Shown one piece after another: positions 1 through 12,648 of a DNA stretch of 64,000 nt. The stretch's first letter is position 1, and every line of letters begins with the position of its first letter. The notes under the pieces were generated by a model. It did no database searches. It was not told the origin of the DNA and was given only the letters and a program-made list of their open reading frames with translations. The stretch spans positions 1,303,924-1,367,923 of the forward strand of contig JAAOMT010000009.1 in assembly GCA_016748015.1 (NCBI GenBank). The letters run 5' to 3'. Origin of the DNA: Geosiphon pyriformis uo1. Taxonomy: Eukaryota > Fungi > Glomeromycota. A program made the position numbers and the translations under genes.

Positions 1-1876
1 CCTCAAATTCGAAGGTAGGTCTTTGGTTGGCGCTGGGTTTTTGGAAGTGGCCACAGGTGGCTGGAATTTTGGCCTGGTGGCCATTATAATTGATCAGAAG
101 CTCTTGGGTGGTCCAGTCTAGGGTGGTGTTGGCTTTTGTTAACCAGTCATTCCCTACTAACGCTTGATATTGTGTAGCGTCCATTACTAATACTTTTGTA
201 GGTATTACTATGCTGTTAATTTCGAAAGGGAATGAATCGATTTCGCCATAAGGCAGCTTTGTACTTCCATCGGCTGTTATGATTTGGGACATCACGGCAC
301 GATCAACTTTGAAACCCAGTTGGTTTACTAGTTGAAGCATTACGATGCTTCCAGCAGATCCGCTGTCTAAGATAAGTTTGATTGGGGTATTGTTTACAGT
401 GGCTTCCATATACATAGCAGTGATTGGGCGTTTTTCGTTCAATGCTGCTCCACTGAACATAGCCTTGTTTTCCTCTAATTCAAAAGGAAAAATAGCTGCG
501 AGGCTGCTATCTTCGGTGGCAACTGCTGGTGGTATTGTCTGGCTCAATTTGGAGGAATTCTTGGTTCTGTTTATGTTTCTACCGTCATTGTTTCCGATGA
601 TCAGGTTTTCCAGTATATTAAGGTAAGTTTGTTGATAATTTTGGTAGTTTGGATTGGTTTGCTGATTGGTTCTGGCGCAGTTTGGATTCCTCTGGACCAA
701 TGCGTTCTGGTTCCACATGGGCTGATTTTGGGCCTCGGGACGCCAATTCGGGTTGGCTATCATGGGCTGTTGCTGGTAAGCTCCTTGATTTTGATACGTG
801 GTGGGATATTGGCATGGTATTGGCGTGTACTGGTTTCTGGGCATTTGGGGTGGCGTGTAGTAATTATTTTCGCGTGCTTCCTGCATCATTCGCGTTCGAC
901 ATTGACTAATCAAATGTCCTACGCGTTTGCAAAAATGGCAGGCGTGTGTTTCTGTTCTGAATTCCTGGTGCGACGAGCGATTATTTCGACTGTCGCTGAC
1001 TTCCTGGCTGCGTCTTTGGGGTGGTTGGTATGTATTTTTTCTCGGATCCAGGATGAGGTAACTTTCTATTTTCTTAGAGAGTTCCTCCCCTAATTGCGTT
1101 ACTCTTTTCTCTAATGTTTCTGTCTTATTTTTCTCCATTACCATGTTAACCATTTGACTATGGTTAGCTTTTTTCTCAGCCGATTCAAGGGCTCTGGCGA
1201 GCGTAACGGCTTCTGGTAAGGAATTAGGGTGGGCAGGGCGTACTCTTCCTAAAATGCTGCTTTTTAATCCTCTAATAAACTGATTTAAAACCTGAGGATC
1301 AGTGTAGTATCCTTGTTCAATCGCTTCAATCTGATGGCGAATTTGATTGAATCGAGCAAGGTATTGGGTGACAGTTTCACCGGTATTTTGCTTGATAGTA
1401 TTGAATTCGTTCTGTAGTTGGATTACGGCGTTTGGGTCGCTAAAATACTCCAGGAGTGCATTTTTAAATTCAGCGAAGCTCGTGGGTTTTGTTTCCAGGC
1501 TTTGATACCACGAGTCGGCTGTGCCTTTCAGGAAGAAAAGTAATGTTTGAATTGCTCTTTGGTCATTCCAGTTATTTGCCTGGATGGCTTTTTGTGCTTC
1601 TCTGAGCCATGTGTGCATGTCCGTTTCTTCTTCCTCTTCTGAGAAATCTGTTAGTCTTGCAATGTATGGTGTGGTCATTTCGTTGCCGTTTTCTGCTGGT
1701 GGGTTTATTGGTCTAAGAGGAGGTGGGATGATATTTCCTTGAGCGTTCCTAAAGGTGGCTTCCCTTATATCCGGTTCTTTCTCTTGATCATGAGTTTCTT
1801 GGTTTCTGGACTGGCTGCTTGTTCCAGTGACTGGTCTTGTGATTGTTTTTTCGCTGGTCTCTTTTTCGGATTCTGA
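1..1876 (-). CDS. Gag-protease polyprotein of element A (partial, apparently uninterrupted)
   Basis: Manual translation: MTTPYIARLTDFSEEEEE...KAIQANNWNDQRAIQ (capsid), CHFCKRVGHLISQC knuckle (about 900-945), LILDSGSAGS aspartic protease, QYQALVGNDWL. No stops in the stretches translated; absent from the ORF track, consistent with running off the window edge. Confidence 0.8.
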
Positions 1877-2838
1877 NNNNNNNNNNNNNNNNNNNNNNNN
1901 NNNNNNNNNNNNNNNNNNNNNNNNNNNNNNNNNNNNNNNNNNNNNNNNNNNNNNNNNNNNNNNNNNNNNNNNNNNNNNNNNNNNNNNNNNNNNNNNNNNN
2001 NNNNNNNNNNNNNNNNNNNNNNNNNNNNNNNNNNNNNNNNNNNNNNNNNNNNNNNNNNNNNNNNNNNNNNNNNNNNNNNNNNNNNNNNNNNNNNNNNNNN
2101 NNNNNNNNNNNNNNNNNNNNNNNNNNNNNNNNNNNNNNNNNNNNNNNNNNNNNNNNNNNNNNNNNNNNNNNNNNNNNNNNNNNNNNNNNNNNNNNNNNNN
2201 NNNNNNNNNNNNNNNNNNNNNNNNNNNNNNNNNNNNNNNNNNNNNNNNNNNNNNNNNNNNNNNNNNNNNNNNNNNNNNNNNNNNNNNNNNNNNNNNNNNN
2301 NNNNNNNNNNNNNNNNNNNNNNNNNNNNNNNNNNNNNNNNNNNNNNNNNNNNNNNNNNNNNNNNNNNNNNNNNNNNNNNNNNNNNNNNNNNNNNNNNNNN
2401 NNNNNNNNNNNNNNNNNNNNNNNNNNNNNNNNNNNNNNNNNNNNNNNNNNNNNNNNNNNNNNNNNNNNNNNNNNNNNNNNNNNNNNNNNNNNNNNNNNNN
2501 NNNNNNNNNNNNNNNNNNNNNNNNNNNNNNNNNNNNNNNNNNNNNNNNNNNNNNNNNNNNNNNNNNNNNNNNNNNNNNNNNNNNNNNNNNNNNNNNNNNN
2601 NNNNNNNNNNNNNNNNNNNNNNNNNNNNNNNNNNNNNNNNNNNNNNNNNNNNNNNNNNNNNNNNNNNNNNNNNNNNNNNNNNNNNNNNNNNNNNNNNNNN
2701 NNNNNNNNNNNNNNNNNNNNNNNNNNNNNNNNNNNNNNNNNNNNNNNNNNNNNNNNNNNNNNNNNNNNNNNNNNNNNNNNNNNNNNNNNNNNNNNNNNNN
2801 NNNNNNNNNNNNNNNNNNNNNNNNNNNNNNNNNNNNNN
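1877..2838. other. assembly gap (N run)
   Basis: Run of N. Confidence 1.
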
Positions 2839-3847
2839 TGCTATTGTGAACTGGTGCTTGCCACTATCGCGAGATGGTGTTTGCTACTATGTTAATCATT
2901 ACCTTTCTAAGATTATTACTGTGCTATATTATGATTGAATAGTTTGTATTATTTTTATGATTCTTTTTGCTAAATTCTTAAACCGTAACACCACTGTTCA
3001 AGTTTAGTGTTAAAAACCATTTGTTTCTACCGAAAGCATTGAATAATTTTTGTATCCATGGAGTTGGATAACTGTCTCCACAAGTTAAACTATTGAGTTT
3101 TCTGTAATCTACACAAAAGCAGATCTTCCCATTCTTTTTACAAATGAGTACTATTGATAATAACCATGGACTCATTGATGGCTGAATTAGCCTGTTGTCA
3201 AGCATTTGATTGATTTCTTGACAGATGATCTTATGGCTGGCTGGTGGTACTCTGTATGCTCTTTGTTTAATTGGCATCGTGTCTTTGGTTTTGATCTGGT
3301 GTTGGATAATATCAGTTCTGCCAAATTTTTTTTTGCTGGCAAAGATGTCATTGAAATTATTAAGCAACATCTTAAGCTGCATATGTTGAAGTGGGTCTAA
3401 ATTTCCCATGTTCATTTGTTCCAATTATTCTAATTGAAGCAAATAACATTCATTTTGTCTGTATATTGTTTGTGATATAATGTCTACATATCTACAAAGC
3501 TGTGGAAAATCTGGAATAATGCTTGGTGGTTGATCTTTTAGTTCCGTGCTCAAGTATTCAATGATAATTCCTTCTGGTATTGTGATAATATCTCTTGTTG
3601 TATTGTAGATGGGAATTTTGATATGGTTGTGGCTCTTGGCTGGTATGTGGAAATTGATAAGTCCAATCTCTCTTAATTTACAAAGGGTTGCTTTTGCTTC
3701 AAAAATCTGTGCTTGATCTTTCACTCTTCTCTCTATTGCCAACATGTACTGGTTATATGGTGAAATGGAAATTGCTTGACCAGTTGAGACAATTTCTCCT
3801 TGGCCAACAATTTTTTTCTCTGCCATATTAACTGGTATATCTATTCT

Positions 3848-4240
3848 ACTTGTGGATCCAAATCTCTGTATCCCTCTTGCTGTTATCCCTAATTCTTCTC
3901 TGTTTCCCACTAATACTAATTAAGCTACTTTAACCAGAGGCAGGAATATTGCCTGTGCTATCTTTTTGTTTGGCTTTATAATATAGGCCTTTTCTGAGTC
4001 ATTTTGTAGCATAATGATAATATTTCCTACATATCCCATATTAATTATTCCTTTTCTTATATTTATCCCTCTTTTCGCTAGATTACTTCTAGATGCTAAT
4101 TGAACCATTTTTGTTGCTGGAATTTCCAATGCTATTTTCAAATCAATGCAGATGCATGAATGTAGTTTCAATTTAATGGCATCTTTTCCTAGATACCTTA
4201 CATCAAACCCAACATCAGTAACATGCGCACGTTCTGACAT
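3848..4240 (-). pseudogene. dUTPase domain of element B
   Basis: Trimeric dUTPase motifs: DVGFDV, ASRSNLA, KGIINMGYVGNI, KIAQAIF, RGIQRFGSTS. Confidence 0.9.
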
Positions 4241-7200
4241 AATATCTTCATTATTATCACTGAACCATTTAAGTTCCTGTTCTTTGGTGAGGTTAGGAAG
4301 TGCAATATATTGTTCATAGTTTGGATCGGAGTTTAAATCTGAGTTGAAATCATTGTCATTGTTTTCGTCATATTGGATGGAGCTAGAACTGGTGTTTTTG
4401 TCATCGTTGTTGTCGAAGTTTAAATCAGGATTAAAAATTGATTCTGATTCTGATGCACAGCTGTTGATTGGTTTTTCTTCCTCTTGGATTGTGTAGATCA
4501 TGCGTGGTGGCAGATTGTAAATGAGGTCACACTCATTACAATATTGAAAATTACATAGAATCAAACAGTGGTCACATAGTTGAGTGTTTATTTCTTCCAA
4601 CTGTTGTTCTTGTTCTTCTCAAGTAGGTGCCAACCATTAATAATGCTCATGGAATTCTTCCAAATTGTCTTCAATGTTGCCAAATACGTCAAACATTAAG
4701 ACATATTCAGGTTCAGACAGAGCTAGGGAGTTGTTTTTGATTTCTAGTAGTTCACTGGTTGTCACATCTTCTGCCTTCACACTTACCATTCTTCAGAGTT
4801 CATGTTCATTGTATAGATATCCTTCCAATTATCATAATGCTTGTTTCCAAATGTCATCGATTCCCTTGCATACCCAGCCATTGATTAGGATTGTATACTG
4901 GCAGGTTTCATTGCACATTCCCCCTCTCCCAGGAATATCATTCTACATTCCTTTGTCAAAGAGAGTTTCCCACAAGTTAAACATGATGTATTATCTTATT
5001 TTCTCACTCGTTTTGGTCTTCCAAAGCGTTTGATGAGGCATGTGTGGCAATAGAACTTAGTTGCCATTTGGTATTTCTCATCATCACCACAGCATGTGCC
5101 CATTGATAACAATTTCTTGTTGCAATTGTATGATGCCATTAACTTCAATTGAAAAGTCATTGATTTTGCCAAGTGGGGTTTTGGTGGCTCCATCCATGGT
5201 AATAATCCTGGTGCTGGCAGCACGATCAACTCAGCAACTTAATTGATCCATGAGTTGTCATGTAATGATGCTGCCTGCTGAACCACTGTCAAAGATTAAT
5301 TTGATGGAGTGGTCATCGACTTTGGCATCAGTGTACATGGCTGTGATCAGTTTCTCTTCAAGTGTTGCTCCATTTAATAATGGCATATCTGATAATTCTT
5401 TGAGTTCAAATGGAAAGATGGCATCCAAAGATTCATTTTCGGTGATTGTAACAGGTGGGATATTATTGGTAGATGGTTGTTGTTGTTCAATTCCCTGATT
5501 GCTAGATGTGGCATCTTCTGGAGTCACCAGAAGGCTTAAATAGTGTTGGGAATTCGGGTTTTGAGTGAAACCAGTGCCTAAATTTTACTGATGAGATCCT
5601 GATTGTTGATGAGAAGAGCTGGGGATTGGTTGATGTACAATTATTGCTGATCTCCAGTTTTGGGTGATCCTTGATCTTGGGTTCTCTGATGTCATTTGAG
5701 CTGGGTTTGCTGGTGGTGTTTGAATGGTGGGTGTTTGATAGATTGCTGGTGGCTGCAGTTGATATATTACTTGTGACTGCGTCTGATAAATTGTTTGTGG
5801 CTGTGGTTGATAAACTGGAGTTTGATAAACTGGTGGTTGATAAATTGGTTAATACATCATAAGCAGATAAGTGAGTTGGTATTAGTTTTGATTTGGTTGA
5901 TAGTTCGGAGTCTGGAACTGGTGATCAGAGTTTCTATATTGATTTCCTGATTGTGAATTGCTATAAGTATGGCAGTTGGCTTTGATGTGCTCTTGTTTAT
6001 CACAGTTGTGGCAGACACGCATCTCTGGCTGCCACAACTGATTGGATAACAATGATGGATGTAACTGATTTTGAAAACAATTTGCATTTCTCTGATTATT
6101 ATGCTGTTAAGAAGGTTAATAAATTGTGTGATTGTCAGCTAAGTATCTCTCTAATTTCTGATTAATTGAATTACTGAATTGCTTTAATTTGGAATTCAAT
6201 TCAGATGATCCATTCATTGCTAGATTCACAGCTTGAGCATGATTAGCTTTTAGTTCAGCTGCTTCAAAATCTCTGGCATAGGTAACTGTGGTTGAAAAGT
6301 CTACTGGATGCATTGGATGTACTCGTTGTAGGATGCTACTGTGCAATTCTCTAATAAATTGATTTAAAATCTGTGGCACTGTGAAATAGTTGGCTTGGAT
6401 GACTTGTATTTGGCATAGATTTCTATGGAAGCATCCCAAGTAGGTAGTGACTGTTTCAGTGTCTTCTTGTCTGATAGTTGTAAAGGTGTTGGCTAATTTG
6501 TTAATACTATTATTGTTGCTAAAGTACTGCAAAAATTCAGTTTTGAATCCATTAAAATTTTGGGGTTTGACAGCGAAGCTTTAATACTATGCATCAGCAG
6601 TATCCTGGAGAAAATAAGAGATTGCTTGCATTGCTCTAGCATCATCTCAATTATTGGCTGTAATGGCTTTGGCTACATTATTTAACCAGACTTGGGCATC
6701 ATCTTCTTTACCATTGAATTTGTTGAGTTTCATGATAGGTGCATAAGCCATTTGTTGTTGCTGTGATGGTAGAAGTTGTTGTTGTTGTTAAGGCAGTACT
6801 GATGATGGTTGTTGATTTTGTTGGTTTAGTGGTTGGATGGACTGGCCAATTGGTTCAATGGGTGGTTAATCGATAACAATAACTGGAGGTAAGTGTTGAT
6901 TAATTACTTTGGGGTTTAAATTGTTCTGATTTGGTGGGGTTTGAATATTCAGAGTGTTGTTTTCCTGATTGTCCAAATTTGGCTGGATTTAAAAGTTCGG
7001 AGTTTCAATTTCCGGGTTTTTTAAGATCTGGTTTTGGTAAATAAATTCTTAATCCTCAGATTCTTTTTTCTTTTCTACTTCTTGTTCTCCTTCCGATTTA
7101 GTAATTTCCCAAAGACTCGCAATTCTGAAATTCAGTTGAGATGGCAGTGATCAAAATCCTGATGGCATTAGCAATCAAGATTTAAATTCTTCAAAATACT

Positions 7201-7788
7201 TATCATATGGTCCTAGTAGATTCTCTTTTTTTTATTTACTTTGGAATGGAAAACATCCAATTGCTGATGTCATGTTTGATGTGAATGCATCTGTTGATGA
7301 TATATTGATGGCACTTCTAAGGATATAGTGGTAGGATGAGTTGTTTAGGGACTCAACTCTAGTTTTTTTCCAAGTGAGTGGTTGTATCCTTTGAGATGTT
7401 ACTGCTGGTATTTGTAGTTTTCTTTTGTCTTTACTTGTGTAAGTAATTGAGTATCTTTGCTGTGTGTGGTGTTCAATTTCTTTGTTAATCTCAGTGATAA
7501 TGGATGCAAAATTATGATTTGTGGATAGACTGGTGTTTTAATTAATTTGTTGTAAAAAGTTTTTCTTACTAATTCAATATTTACGAATGTTCTCAACAGA
7601 TAAGCAATTTTTTTATTGATGTAGAAATTGAAAGCTGATTCTGCTAATATGTGATTATGAGTTAATCCCAAATGTTGACAGTAATGTTGAAATAAGGATT
7701 TCGCGAATCCTAGATGGTTTGCTCCAACGTTTTCTGATTCTGCCACATTTGGATGGGGTTGTTAGTACTGGTTCTCTATAGAATTATA

Positions 7789-7805
7789 CCTCACAGGGAG
7801 CACCA
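7789..7805 (-). promoter_or_regulatory. primer-binding site of element B (TGGTGCTCCCTGTGAGG)
   Basis: TGG-initiated, 2 nt after the LTR end TAACA; same position and near-identical sequence in element C. Confidence 0.85.
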
Positions 7806-7807
7806 AA

Positions 7808-8660
7808 TGTTATGAGTGATTTTTTGAAGTCTCAAATCAAATAACAAATCCGTAACTTGGTGCTAAAAGTTATTCACATTAATGTTAATAATCTGAAGAT
7901 TTTGTATTTAAAGGTTTCAGTTTAAGTTCTTTGTATAATGGACAGAAATTCAATAGTTGTTTTATCCATAGCTTCTCAGAATCACAATTCTGTCAATTTT
8001 TTTCTCAGCATGATGGCCAGCAATCCTCTGGTAAGTATTCCATATCTTCTGTACATGTCCTATTCTCTTGCAGGAGTTTTTTACCAGGCAATTTTTGATG
8101 TCAGTAATCTAGCACTTTATTTAACCAATTAGTACACAACAATGAAACCAAAAATAAAAATAAAGAAAAGAAATAAAAGAAATAATGAATAAGTCAAGGC
8201 AGTTTTGCAAGTTAATATCCTGTCAATAGTCATGATCAAGAGCTATTGTTCCAGTGTGTTTAAGTATCAATTACTATCAACATGAAGTATTGATAATGGA
8301 ATTAGGTTTGAGATACCAAATAATTATTTATTGTGTTTGGAAGGTTGTCTAGATAAAATCTAAACTGGGAGGTCTGTCTTTTCAGCTTCTCATACTACTG
8401 CTATATATACATAATTGAGATTCTTCAATTCTTCGATTCCTCAATTTTTCACAACAGAAATTTTGGGATTTCTGGAATCCTGCAATTCCTTTGAGAGGAA
8501 TCCTGGAATTCTGGAATTCTGTGATTCCTCGTGAGAATTCTGTAATTCCTGGAATCCTGCAATTCCTAAGAGGAATCCTAGAATTCCACATTTACTATGT
8601 TTACTTCTGATTGGCTAATAACTATGATAATATATATTCCCTATAATTCTATGAGTAACA
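7808..8660 (-). repeat. 5' LTR of element B
   Basis: TGTTACTCATAGAA...TAACA termini. 3' part homologous to the LTRs of C. CCAAT box, GGAATTC/GGATTCC-type repeats (8420-8590) and TATATATAG. Confidence 0.9.
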
Positions 8661-9743
8661 CTATTGACTACACATCAATTAGAAAGTCAACTACATTCTT
8701 TAATATTACTGTTAATATTGAAATCTTGTTATCATACTAATTAATAAAATAGAAAAGAAACAACTTTTGGTATTGTGCCTTAAAGGATGTAATAATTCTT
8801 GCATTTAATGGTTGCAAATGGGATGTTATATTGGATGGTAAGTATCTAATTATGATATTAGATAATACGGAAGGTTTTTTACCATAGAGACCAGTATTAT
8901 CAAGCAATAACAAAATCTTTTTTTTCTTGTAACACATTTTTTCATTTAATGAATTAAGCCATTCACTAAAAATATTAGTTCGTATTCATGCTTTTATATT
9001 GTAATGATAAGTAATTGGAAGTGTATTTATATTAATATTGTGAAAACATCATGGCTTTGCAGTTTTGCCAATAATTAAAGACTGTGACTTGATGCTGTCT
9101 GTTGTATTACAAGCAAGAAGTATGATAATTTGACTCTTATCATGCTTGGTACCAGAGGTAGATCTTGTTGTCAAAGTTGCATTTAGTGGCATTTTAAAGA
9201 ATAATGCTGTCTCATCAGTATTATAAACATTATTTAGATTATATTTGCTAATAATTTCATGCAGTTTCTCTTATTCTTCTGGTAAAATTTCCAAGGGGGC
9301 ACTGTTTGCTTTGCCATGTATCTTAATGTGATGCAAATTATGATGTTTCTTGAACTTTTCTAACCAACCATTTGATGCTTTAAAGTTATTTTCTTTTGGA
9401 AACTTTTTAGCAAACTTGAGGGCTTTCATTTGTAAAAATTTTCCAGTAAGAATGCAATTAGTAGCTAGTGTTCCAAGCATCCATTTTCCCAGTGTATTAT
9501 TTATCTTTGGAAACATTTTTTTCTGTTCTTTGTCAATTGACCAGAGTTGTTAGATACATTCTTTTCAATCTATTGGTTTAATTTTGTGAGTATCTTTGTT
9601 ACAATAAAACAGTCAATCTTTAGATTAAATATTTTGATAAGTCTATTTGCTGAGTAGTCAGGATGCTCTAGTTTGTACTAACAGAGAGCTTTTTTAGTCT
9701 CCAAGGAGATTACTGCTTGCTTTTGGTTCATGTTTTTTGGCAT
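8661..9743 (-). pseudogene. pogo/Tigger (CENP-B HTH + DDE_1) transposase, truncated by element B
   Basis: FKASNGWLEKFKKHH (CENP-B HTH), VYNTDETALF, ILLLLDN, LPSNITSHLQPLN (third D mutated to N; DD31D spacing). Several stops. Confidence 0.92.
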
Positions 9744-9807
9744 GTTAATAAAAACACACTTTTTATTGCATTTTGCTTTTATAATGCATTGATGTATCTG
9801 TTATGTT

Positions 9808-9897
9808 TCAAACGTTATTTTGCTTTATATCTAATTAGACATGTAAAGTGTCTTATGTCATATGAGGTGCCTCAGATTATAAAAAATGGCCAAATTA
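9808..9897 (+). repeat. left arm of a 70-90 bp imperfect inverted repeat (partner 22203-22270)
   Basis: atatctaattagacatgtaaagtg...cctcagattataaaaaatggccaaat versus the reverse complement of the right arm, atatttaattagatatgtaaaatacctcagattataaaaagtgcccaaat. Confidence 0.7.
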
Positions 9898-10149
9898 TAA
9901 AAATGAAGGTTTTAATTTAATTGTAGAATTTTAAGTGCAAATGACAAATTCTTGGTAAAAAAAAACCTAATTTTAATAATATATCTGCAACACTTTTTGC
10001 CTCTTACCCCCAACTGATAATCAATAATGAAGGCTGTCAATTTAATTTTCTGTATACTTATATAATTGTGTAGAAGATAGTACAATGTTATGTTGTTAAG
10101 CTTTTTAAACACAATAATACCTATATCAATCATGTAAACATCACAGCTA

Positions 10150-10772
10150 ATGGAAGTGGTTGACAATTTATTTCCCCACTCTAAAAACACTTACTGACAT
10201 GCTTCACAAGTTTATTAATTAAAAACATAATAATGAAACATAAAGCATCACAATCCATTTTCAACACCAATAAGGCAACACATTGTAAATTCATTTCATT
10301 AGTTATCTATGGTGTTGTATTGGTATTCAATAACTAAGTCAAGGTTTGTTTACAATATAAGATATCTGGAAGCTATGAGAAAAAGCCAGTTGATTGGGCA
10401 ATTAAGGTACACAATATGATAATTGTAATTACAGAGGCGAAGTAGAAGATATCAATCAAGGTGTGGGCCAATATATAATTCAAAGCATCCATACAATACA
10501 ATAAAAAACATTTCTATAACATAGCCTTGCAAGAAATTGAGATGTTTGGAATAATTACTACAAATAATTGGGTAATTATCAAAGTGATTTCAAGCAGAAT
10601 TAATGATAATAGTAAAATTGAGATATTGTTAAGTTTGTGCTTTCCTCTTTTCTTGCCCATTAATGAGACAACATTGAATAAAAACCTTTTGTGTGGTCAA
10701 CTTGAAAGTTTGTTTAGTCAGATCAAATGGAGTTTCAACCAACAAATTAAGTCTCAGGGTTTAGGTAAATAA
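10150..10772 (+). pseudogene. Crinkler-like PD-(D/E)xK restriction-endonuclease-fold protein, degenerate
   Basis: Manual translation: NKATHCKFISLVIYGVV...ISGSYEKKPVDWAIKVHNMIIVITEAK*EDINQGVGQ...EMFGIITTNNWVIIKV. The VD...EAK core and FGIITT..W motif are typical of CRN C-terminal REase domains. Contains stops and frameshifts. Confidence 0.75.
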
Positions 10773-10789
10773 CAATGTATGGAATTCAC

Positions 10790-11510
10790 TCTTATTCTGA
10801 TCAATACTATCACACTTATAGCAATGACTTAAATTGTATATTGTAGTAAAACTCTCTGCATTAACTGTCTTTTGATATAATTTGACCCCTTTATTCTTGT
10901 CTTATCAATGCTTTTGCCATATTCATAGCAATAACTTAATCAATTCATTGCACTAGAATTCTCTGCATCAACTATAATTCGAAAAAATTTGACCATTTCA
11001 CTTGTGTCCTGATCGATGCATTTGCTATTAAAGTAGCAATAACCTATCTAATTTATTGCCCCAGAATCTCCCACATCAGCTGCCTTTTAATACAATTTGA
11101 CAGCTTGATCTATGTCCTGATCAACACATTTGCCATTAAAGTAGCAATGTTCTAATCGAATTATTGCTTCAGAATTTTCTATATTACTTGTCTTTTGATA
11201 CAATTTAACAACTTGATCTGTGTCTTAATTGACACTTTTACCATATTGATAACAACAATCTAATCAAGTCATTGCTTCAAAATTTCTTGCATCAACAGCC
11301 TTTTGATATAATTTGACTCTTTGACTTTTGTTTTAATCAATATCTTTGTCATGCTGATAGCAATAACCTAAATTATTTATTGTAGCAGAATTTTCTGCAT
11401 CATTTGTCTTTTAATATAATTTGACAGCTTGACCCATGTTCTGATTAACACCTTTGCTATGAAAGTAGCAATTTTCTAATTTATCTATTGCTACAGAGTT
11501 TCCAGCATTT
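10790..11510 (-). pseudogene. SEL1-like (SLR) repeat protein, about 6-7 repeats, degenerate
   Basis: 108-bp periodicity; NAGNSVAIDKLENCYFHSKGVNQNMGQAVKLY*KTNDAENSATINNLGYCYQHDKDID*NKSQRVKLYQKAVDA. Confidence 0.9.
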
Positions 11511-11579
11511 AAACAGAATGGATAGTAAAAATCTAATTCGAGATTTTTACATTTTAAAAAATACTTCTAAACAGCCACA

Positions 11580-11772
11580 ACAATTAACATGGCAATGATA
11601 ATTCAGTTTGCTTACCTCCTAATAGCCTTAACAATTGATGTAACAATGATAATTCAGTTACTTACCTCCTAATGGCTTTAACAATCAATGCAACAATAAT
11701 AATCAGATTTATTTACCTTTAGATAGTCTTAGTAATCAATGCAACAATAGTAATTCACTTATCTTTAGACAG
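11580..11772. repeat. 51-bp tandem repeat, left part (continues at 21810-22020 after element C)
   Basis: Unit similar to caatgataattcagtttgcttacctcctaatagccttaacaattgatgtaa, starting at 11593, 11644, 11694 and 11745. Confidence 0.85.
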
Positions 11773-12588
11773 TATTACTCATAGAAAAAAACAGATATAA
11801 GAAAATAGTAGACCAATAGGAGAATAGTATGTAGTATGTGAGCACATTGCTCAGCAATATAGAGCAATGTCAGAAAACACAGCACATTGCTCAGCAATGT
11901 GGAGTGATGTTAGAAAATGAGAGCATATCACTTAGCAATATGAGCATTGCTCAAAAAATTATAGCACATCACTCAGGAATGTGAGCGATCTTGTAGAATA
12001 TCAATTATGTATATATAGTGGTAGCATTAGAAGTAGAAAGAACAGAATTTCTTAGTTAGAAACCTTCTACATCACAAATATCAATAAATAATTATTTACT
12101 ATCTCAATTCACTCTCTACTATCAACACTATATGTTGATAGTAATTAATACTTAACCATACTGGAACAATAGCTTTTGATCATGGCTATTGATGGAATAC
12201 TAACTTGTAATTGTTTTCGTTTATTTTTTTATTTTTCTTTTATTTCTTTTGTTTTGTTATTTCTTTGGTTTTACTAAAAAATTGATTAAAGATTAAGTGC
12301 TGAGATATAGACGTTATAGTGACTAGTAAAAGACCCGTGAAACAAGAGTAGAACACTTATAGATTTGAGAATAGCTTACCAGGAGAATTACTGGCCACTA
12401 TGCTGAGAAAGAAATTTAACAAAACTGCAGTTTTGGAAAACGATAAATAAAACCATCAATTAAAATCTCTGTCTATTATACAAAGAACTCTACAACAAAA
12501 CCTTCAAATATTAACACTTGAGTACCAACCAAGCACCAAGTTACAGATTTGTTATTTGACTTGAGACTCCAAATAATCATTTGTAATA
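11773..12588 (+). repeat. 5' LTR of element C
   Basis: TATTACTC...TGTAATA (both termini transition-mutated); direct repeat of 20993-21809. Confidence 0.95.
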
Positions 12589-12590
12589 TT

Positions 12591-12607
12591 TGGTGCTCTC
12601 TGTGAGG
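12591..12607 (+). promoter_or_regulatory. primer-binding site of element C (TGGTGCTCTCTGTGAGG)
   Basis: Follows the 5' LTR after a 2-nt spacer. Confidence 0.85.
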
Positions 12608-12648
12608 TATAATCCTACAAAGAACCAGCACTAACAAATAAATCAACA

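Larger units (their letters stand above)
1..2990 (-). mobile_element. Ty3/Gypsy LTR retrotransposon A (5' part; continues left of window), nested in the RT of element B
   Basis: Minus strand begins TGTTACGG at 2990, exactly where B's RT (...TLNLNSG) is cut off. Gag, CCHC knuckle and protease lie on the minus strand at 1-1876. The link across the N gap is assumed. Confidence 0.8.
2991..8660 (-). mobile_element. Ty3/Gypsy LTR retrotransposon B (5' LTR, gag, PR, Cys-rich domain, dUTPase, start of RT), degenerate
   Basis: Collinear homology with element C. ORF fragments 7399-7746, 6116-6532 (gag), 5258-5527 (FDSGSAGS protease), 3920-4600 (dUTPase), 2978-3424 (RT: CFCVDYRKLN). About 0.5 kb internal deletion near 5130 relative to C. 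Confidence 0.95.

Noticed and set aside
345-1093. plus-strand hydrophobic ORFs
   Set aside because: Antisense shadows of element A gag-protease.
1827-2895. 340/350-aa ORFs in the track
   Set aside because: Artefacts of the N run.
8420-8590. short repeats resembling a CRISPR-like array (also 11841-11990)
   Set aside because: No unique spacers; they lie inside LTR U3 regions of eukaryotic retroelements.
12400-12648. gag frame starting at an ATG inside the 5' LTR and reading through the PBS
   Set aside because: In frame in C, but the ATG is ACG in the 3' LTR, stops are shared among LTR copies, and B is shifted by 1 nt.
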